64,000 bases of DNA from a virus. Below, in pieces: positions 58,071-64,000 of this stretch (position 1 is its first letter; the number at the start of each line of letters is the position of its first letter). Below the pieces are notes generated by a model, which saw only the letters and a list, made by a program, of their open reading frames with translations, did no database searches and was not told the DNA's origin. The DNA is taken from the IMG/VR virus record IMGVR_UViG_3300034683_000117, positions 13,065 to 77,064 of that record. One strand, 5' to 3'. Both the position numbers and the translations under genes were made by a program.

Positions 58071-58910
58071 ATGGGTTTTACACGTAATTCGATTGCATAT
58101 ACACAAGATGGGGTACAAACGCCCGCTAATACCCCTCGTTTCGACAATATAGGTTTATTTGACAATGTTTTTGTAATTTTGTTTGTTGCTTCTCCGTTTA
58201 CACGTAATAGTGAAGCGTATAATTTAGATTATAGTATAGCTAATAGTAATATACCTCGTTTCTGGAATATGGGTACAAAGTGTTCTGCTGACGATGTTAC
58301 TGTGCAAAAGGTTGGCGTTAGTTGGCCGCTAGTAAATAATTTGTGTTATAGCCAATACGACGACATTGCTAACGATATACTGTTATTTTCGGAGAATACT
58401 AGTTATAATTTTTATTTACCTGATTATATTGATAATCATTTACGTATTATTTTTAAAGGGACAAATTCAACAGGCGGCATATCTATTACTATAAATAATC
58501 AAACACTAACTTATAACAATTCGTTAACGTTGTCCGATATAGTAACTATTGATTGTATAAGGCAAAAAGTAGAGAAAAACTTTGTTAGCAGCACTATTAG
58601 TGGTAATTATCCTGCGGTTGTTAGTGGTGTTAATACAGTAAGTTATGCATTGTCAGGCGATGCTACTCTGTCCTATCTGGCTATTGAAACGCGTACTGAA
58701 TATTTTGGGAATGCACCAATTGGTGTTCAAATCATAATACCTAATTTACCCGATTATCCAATCTTACCGTTACAATCCAATTTGACAGACATTGTTAGCG
58801 ATTTAAACATGATATATTCCCGTAATAGCGAGGCGTATAACATTGACTATACATTGGTCAATAGTAATATACCACGTTATTGGTCTCTAGGTACAAAAAA
58901 TGCAACCTAA
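58071..58910 (+). CDS. Tail protein with three RNSxAY..PR repeats
   Basis: Internal repeats; Dit C-terminal-like middle. Confidence 0.55.
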   Translation: MGFTRNSIAYTQDGVQTPANTPRFDNIGLFDNVFVILFVASPFTRNSEAYNLDYSIANSNIPRFWNMGTKCSADDVTVQKVGVSWPLVNNLCYSQYDDIANDILLFSENTSYNFYLPDYIDNHLRIIFKGTNSTGGISITINNQTLTYNNSLTLSDIVTIDCIRQKVEKNFVSSTISGNYPAVVSGVNTVSYALSGDATLSYLAIETRTEYFGNAPIGVQIIIPNLPDYPILPLQSNLTDIVSDLNMIYSRNSEAYNIDYTLVNSNIPRYWSLGTKNAT

Positions 58911-58939
58911 AATATTGATTTTATTGAGGAAGTGAGATA

Positions 58940-60382
58940 ATGGCAGTTTTAATTGAAAGAGCTTGTACGCCAGTATTTTCAAGTAAAATGAATACAGATA
59001 GTGATGGAAACGGTCGCGTTGATGGCTTTACGTCGTGGTACGATGCTGGCATAACAGCTGTATTTTCAATTGATGATAACGCACAAAAAATAGATATTAC
59101 AGCAAGCACTGCTGTAGGTACTGCTGCTATAAGCACCCCCATTATTACAGTATCTCCGTCCACAGTATATAGTTTTCAGGTACTTTCGCGCGGTATCGTT
59201 TTGGCAGGCACATTCAAAAACAATATATATATAACGTGGCTTGATATATCTGACGCTGTTATAAGCCAAAGCACCCTGAGCCTTCAAGACCCCACCACAT
59301 ATTGGAAATTACATCGAACTGAAAACATAACGCCACCTTCAAACGCAGCTAAAGCACGAATAGTTTTGCGTGCACGTGCTAGCACTGCTGGAGATGCTGG
59401 CACGGTATGGTATAGAAATGTTCAATTTGAATCCGCTAACACATGCAGTACGTTTACAGATTTACCTAGAGCTGCTGATGCTCAAGGATTAGCTATTGAG
59501 CCACTGTCTGATACATTTAGCATATCATTTGCGGTTGCGCCAAACTTTGAGTATACTAATGTACCATCAGGCGGTGCTGTATGGATGCGGCTGTCAAGCT
59601 TAAATTCAGAAATACGTATATTGGAAAATAACGGTGGCATTATCCAAGCAGCACAAAGAATAGGTAGCACATGGACATATGTTGAGCTACCGGCAATACA
59701 GCATGCTAGATACAAGATCATTAAGATAGTATTAACACGTGCTGGTAATAATACGTATTTATATGCTAGATTGAACAACGGAACTACAATAAGCGCAACA
59801 GCAACTACACAACCATCCATAGCTGGATTTAATACGCTATCGTTGAATACAGTTGGATTGGAAAGCAATTCATTCATTGAAAGTGTAACATTGTACCGAA
59901 ACAATGTTATTACCACAGTGGAGGCAGCGAATGCCATATTCGACAATATGAACGCCGAGATGGTGGTAAATGGTGGGTTTGATAATGGGAGCACTGCATG
60001 GAATCTTAAGAATGGCTCTGTTTATGAGAATGGCAGAATAAAACGCATAGCTACAGAAGCAAGTGGTGTTGCTGTTGAAGCGGCAAGGCAAGAAGGAACA
60101 TACTCAATTAAAGTTTTGCCTAACAATACGTACAAACTAAAGGCTAGATTAAGCGGATATGTCGACGGCAATAATACGCCATATCTACAACCTGCATTTA
60201 AAGATTTACTATTATATAATAGCACTGTGCTGGGAAATGTTGTTAAGCCCACGTCGGATAATCAAGTGGTCGAAAATATATTTACTACAGACGCGAATAC
60301 GTATTATGTTCAGCCGCTGCTAGGCACATATGGGACGTGTACCGCTTACTTTGACGACGTATCATTACAATTAATAGATTAG
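58940..60382 (+). CDS. Carbohydrate-binding/LamG-like tail protein
   Basis: Beta-rich, VWYRNVQFE, NGGFD..W, YFDDVSL. Confidence 0.6.
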   Translation: MAVLIERACTPVFSSKMNTDSDGNGRVDGFTSWYDAGITAVFSIDDNAQKIDITASTAVGTAAISTPIITVSPSTVYSFQVLSRGIVLAGTFKNNIYITWLDISDAVISQSTLSLQDPTTYWKLHRTENITPPSNAAKARIVLRARASTAGDAGTVWYRNVQFESANTCSTFTDLPRAADAQGLAIEPLSDTFSISFAVAPNFEYTNVPSGGAVWMRLSSLNSEIRILENNGGIIQAAQRIGSTWTYVELPAIQHARYKIIKIVLTRAGNNTYLYARLNNGTTISATATTQPSIAGFNTLSLNTVGLESNSFIESVTLYRNNVITTVEAANAIFDNMNAEMVVNGGFDNGSTAWNLKNGSVYENGRIKRIATEASGVAVEAARQEGTYSIKVLPNNTYKLKARLSGYVDGNNTPYLQPAFKDLLLYNSTVLGNVVKPTSDNQVVENIFTTDANTYYVQPLLGTYGTCTAYFDDVSLQLID

Positions 60383-60386
60383 AAAG

Positions 60387-60644
60387 GTGATAATCATGAA
60401 AATAATATTTGACCCTAACCCGTTCACAGCAGATTCAACAGGCGCTCTCAACAGCACCGCCATTGTAAAAAGCGATGATGAAACAGAAATATATTTCACC
60501 GAGCCTATCCGCATAGAAGCAAGCGAATTCACCGATGAAGCAAGTCTGCAAGCGGCGGTTGCTAATCATATAGCAGTTTTTTGGGAGAGAGTAGATGCTA
60601 TACTCAAGGCGCGTCAGATGGCCGACGTTGAAATTACATTATAA
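60387..60644 (+). CDS. Hypothetical protein
   Basis: AAGGTG RBS. Confidence 0.55.
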   Translation: MIIMKIIFDPNPFTADSTGALNSTAIVKSDDETEIYFTEPIRIEASEFTDEASLQAAVANHIAVFWERVDAILKARQMADVEITL

Positions 60645-60738
60645 AATAACGATTTTATCGTGAAATTCGTGCTATAAAATGGCTATTTCAAGCCATTCTT
60701 ACAACTTGAAATCTTTTGTGTTAATAAAATAATTTTAT
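60641..60738. repeat. ~97-bp palindromic intergenic element, copy B
   Basis: See copy A at 3808-3905. Confidence 0.85.
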
Positions 60739-60758
60739 CGACAAAGGCAGGTGAGAAA

Positions 60759-62579
60759 ATGCCTATTTTAATCGAAGAAGGAACAAAAAACTTAATCAAA
60801 AATGCTAGTTTTGAAACTGGCAATACTAATGCGTGGATTGTAAGTGGTGCTGTTACAGTTCAATCTACCGAAAAACACTTTGGCAGTTATGCTATACGTA
60901 TTAACGATACCAGTAACACTATATCGGCCACAATATCACAAACTGTAGCAGCAACAGCTGATACCAAATATACGTTATCTGCATTTTGTAAAATAGTCAG
61001 TGGTACGCAATATATGTCTATTGATTTTTTAGACAGTGGGAACAATGTATTAGCGCCATACGTAATACCTTTTGCGGAAACAGTATGGACACGTAAGGCT
61101 GTTACAGCGACATCACCAGCGAATACTACACAGGCTAGAATAAGAATATACAGTACATTAAATGGTGTTAGCGATGGCTATTGGGATGATATACAGTTTG
61201 AAGCAAAACCATATGCTACATCGGTAATATATGTGAATGACAGTACAACACAAGCTGTACGTGCTAGTGAAGTTTTAGAGATACCAAGTAATACAATCAA
61301 TTCGTCTGAAGGTACGATAGAACAATGGATATCTCCATTGTACAAATTACAGCCATTACCTACTGGATTGAATGCAGGTCAAGGCGATAAAGCGTTAATT
61401 ATGACGGTTCCAAATCATGTGAATGGCGGGTTCTTATTATATATAAATGATGGCGATATGTATCAATTAGTATTTAATAATCATTGGTTGGCTGGACTCG
61501 ATAATTTAACATGGAATATTGGCGAATGGCATCATGTTGCCTTTACATGGTCAAAAACGAATAATTTTGTACGATTATATTTAGATGGATCATACCTAAC
61601 ACAGTCGACATATAGTGATATCAATATTACACGATTATTTGTTGGTAGTAATTCAAACGGTATGTTTAAACATGATGACCTCCGTATATCCAATATAGCA
61701 CGCACTGATGCTGAAATCGCTGCTGCGTATGCAAGTGGTCAGCCACTACCAATAGACGAATATACTACTGCTAAACTTAATTTTGATAATGTGTTAGGGT
61801 TATATGAAGGAAGTTTTAGCGATAACGGTCATGGTGTTGATACTATAAACCAGCCTGTAAAAACTGTATTTTATGTAGATGGCAATAATGTTTTGCAGCC
61901 GCTTGGTGCGATCGTAACACGTGATACGCGGGTTGAATTATTGCCAAGAACGCGTGATTATACGGAAAGTGTACCACTAGTAGATGGCGAATATGATGCG
62001 GGAACGGGATTAGATTCTAGAATTTTAGAGTTGCACTGTGTTATTGATATTGCCCCAGAACTACGTGATGCCTTTAAACGTAAACTTGTGCAATACTTCA
62101 CGCCTAAAAACGGTCCGCAACCGCTAGTGTTTAGTGATGATTTAGACAAGGTTTATTATATAAAGTATAGTGGACAAATGGATTCAATACAATATCCACA
62201 TGCGCTTGATTTTACTGTACCGCTTAAAATGAGTGATCCTTACATTAAATCAACAACAGTTAAAACGCATGTTGGTAACGGTGTAATTACTAATAGTGGT
62301 AATATAGAATGTCCTATAATTATTAACGTAACAGGCCCAACATCTCAACCTGTGACAATTACTGTTGGTGATCAGAGCATCACTTATAATGCTACCTTAA
62401 GTGATGTGCAAACATTAATAATTGATACAGACAAAATGACAGCTAAAGTCGCTGGTGGAAATGTTTTAAAAGATATTAATGGGGATTTTATACAACTACG
62501 CCTTGGTGATAATGATGTTAATATTACAGGTGTATCACCACAAAATGTTACTATTGAGTATACAGAACAATGGATTTAG
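60759..62579 (+). CDS. Evolved distal tail (Dit-like) protein with CBM and LamG
   Basis: NASFE, WDDIQFE, WHHVAFTW..LYLDG, DDLRISN; C-terminal L.FSDD.DK.Y..DPY..N.G..P.I. Confidence 0.75.
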   Translation: MPILIEEGTKNLIKNASFETGNTNAWIVSGAVTVQSTEKHFGSYAIRINDTSNTISATISQTVAATADTKYTLSAFCKIVSGTQYMSIDFLDSGNNVLAPYVIPFAETVWTRKAVTATSPANTTQARIRIYSTLNGVSDGYWDDIQFEAKPYATSVIYVNDSTTQAVRASEVLEIPSNTINSSEGTIEQWISPLYKLQPLPTGLNAGQGDKALIMTVPNHVNGGFLLYINDGDMYQLVFNNHWLAGLDNLTWNIGEWHHVAFTWSKTNNFVRLYLDGSYLTQSTYSDINITRLFVGSNSNGMFKHDDLRISNIARTDAEIAAAYASGQPLPIDEYTTAKLNFDNVLGLYEGSFSDNGHGVDTINQPVKTVFYVDGNNVLQPLGAIVTRDTRVELLPRTRDYTESVPLVDGEYDAGTGLDSRILELHCVIDIAPELRDAFKRKLVQYFTPKNGPQPLVFSDDLDKVYYIKYSGQMDSIQYPHALDFTVPLKMSDPYIKSTTVKTHVGNGVITNSGNIECPIIINVTGPTSQPVTITVGDQSITYNATLSDVQTLIIDTDKMTAKVAGGNVLKDINGDFIQLRLGDNDVNITGVSPQNVTIEYTEQWI

Positions 62580-62594
62580 AAAGGAATTGATATT

Positions 62595-62981
62595 ATGGCT
62601 GGAATGAGTAATTATTTAGAAGAGAAAATACTGAATTTGACTTTACGCAATGTCGCATATACACCACCTACGACAGTATATGTAGCATTATATTCTACTA
62701 ATCCTAACGAAACAGACACGGGGACAGAGATTAGTGGTGGCGGGTATACGCGAAAAAGTACTACATTTAGCGCCCCGTCAAATGGTGCAGTAAGTAATAG
62801 TGCGGATATTGTGTTTCCATTAGCTACTGCCGACTGGGGAACTGTGGCATATGTTGGTATTCGTGACGCTGCAACAGGTGGTAATTTATTGTATTATGGT
62901 CCACTAGCAGTCAGTAAAGTAATATTAGCCTCCGATCAGTTGATTATACCTGCCGGGCAGTTAACAATCAGTATAGACTAG
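62595..62981 (+). CDS. Phage tail fibre-associated protein
   Basis: SNYLE..YVALY..E.SGGGY.R..FP.AT..WGTV..DA.TGGN.L. Confidence 0.7.
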   Translation: MAGMSNYLEEKILNLTLRNVAYTPPTTVYVALYSTNPNETDTGTEISGGGYTRKSTTFSAPSNGAVSNSADIVFPLATADWGTVAYVGIRDAATGGNLLYYGPLAVSKVILASDQLIIPAGQLTISID

Positions 62982-62993
62982 AGGTGGCAAATT

Positions 62994-63839
62994 ATGTCAA
63001 GATTAAACGCTGCTAACAATGCGCGCACAATTCTTACACAAAATATAACGAACACCGCTACTAGTTTTGCTATATCTGATGCATCGGCTTTCCCTTCACC
63101 CCCATTTAGAATTTCTATTGACGACGAAATTATGGAAGTAACAGGTGTTAATGCTAATACTTTAACTGTTACACGTGCTGTTGAAAATACAACAGCAAGT
63201 AGTCATAATAACGGAACTATAGTAGAAAATAGGCCAACTGCTGGTTCGATTACTGAATTGGTGTCTAGTTTGGAAGTATTGTCTCCTAACCAAACGCAAT
63301 CGCCGTCTAGTCCTGGAAACGGTACATTATTACAAATATTAAGCTGGTTAACCAATCGCATTAAATCTATAACTGGAAAAACTAATTGGTGGGATGCTCC
63401 TGATACAACGCTTACTAATGCAAAAACACATATTGATGCGGCTGCCCCTCATAGTGGTCATGCTTTAAGTGTTCACACCCATACGCGCGCACAGATAACC
63501 GATTTTAACCATGTGTCTAATCATGCTACGGGTGGTACAGATGCGTTATCTCCTGCGGATATAGGTGCAGCTACAACTGTAGTGTATACTACTACACTTG
63601 ATACTACATGGAATGGAAGCGCCGCACCATATACAAAAACGCAAACCGTAACAGGCATATTAGCTACTGATACCCCTATAATTGATGTTGTTATGAGCGG
63701 CACATATGCTACCGATGAGGCGCGTATAGAGGCATGGGGCTATATTTATCGTGTGACAACAGCGGCTAATTCTATTACACTATATGCTACTGATAAACCT
63801 ACTGTTAGTTTGCCAATACAAATCAAGGTGGTGAGATAA
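62994..63839 (+). CDS. Tail fibre protein
   Basis: ANNA..EIM.VT..TVTRA.E.T; His repeats (H.H, HATGG.D). Confidence 0.7.
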   Translation: MSRLNAANNARTILTQNITNTATSFAISDASAFPSPPFRISIDDEIMEVTGVNANTLTVTRAVENTTASSHNNGTIVENRPTAGSITELVSSLEVLSPNQTQSPSSPGNGTLLQILSWLTNRIKSITGKTNWWDAPDTTLTNAKTHIDAAAPHSGHALSVHTHTRAQITDFNHVSNHATGGTDALSPADIGAATTVVYTTTLDTTWNGSAAPYTKTQTVTGILATDTPIIDVVMSGTYATDEARIEAWGYIYRVTTAANSITLYATDKPTVSLPIQIKVVR

Positions 63840-64000
63840 TTGGCAGAAGGAATTATATCAAGACATGGCGGCGGGAGTGGATATGCAACTATAACATACG
63901 ATAACTATATGCCGCCTAATGCGTCCATAGCACGCACTACACCGACTGCGCTGTCGGTTGGAAGGCGTTATTTAGCAGCTACCACAGTTGGTAATTATGC
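63840..64000 (+). CDS. Tail or receptor-binding protein, N-terminus only (Kelch-like repeat)
   Basis: TTG start; MAEGIISRHGGG..LSVGRRYLAATTVGNY. Confidence 0.5.
   Translation, partial: MAEGIISRHGGGSGYATITYDNYMPPNASIARTTPTALSVGRRYLAATTVGNY

Noticed and set aside
58071-58910. Diversity-generating retroelement TR/VR pair
   Set aside because: Repeats are short, in-frame and in one ORF; differences are not adenine-specific and no reverse transcriptase is present.

Overview
64 kb of a large AT-rich tailed phage or prophage of a Firmicutes host, organised like SPbeta (Bacillus/Clostridium-type LexA box, sigmaA promoters, GGAGG RBSs). The left arm (minus strand, 1-28.7 kb) carries a class II ribonucleotide reductase, four amino-methyltransferases plus a PAPS-reductase-family gene, a Cas4-like nuclease, primase, helicase, AAA_24/SSB recombination genes, tRNA-Thr, a tyrosine recombinase and an array of small early genes. 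A 2.7 kb non-coding region marks the strand switch. The right arm (plus strand) carries a RepL-like HTH protein, a split sigma-like gene, lysis genes, an IS607-type tnpB, PhoH, terminase, portal, capsid and a siphophage tail. Most notable: (1) a 79-nt RNA that is a complete tmRNA tRNA-like domain with no mRNA-like domain, inside an operon of candidate anti-defence genes (Ocr-like, NLTPH-family, HicB-like); (2) a phage ECF-like sigma gene followed by six gene cassettes that share a non-sigmaA promoter motif (GGTTTA-N21-TATAT); (3) nuclease-less TnpB- and IscB-type omegaRNA elements; (4) an 18-bp palindrome (ATAAAA-N6-TTTTAT) that recurs at gene-module junctions. All family calls come from motif recognition by eye; no searches were run.
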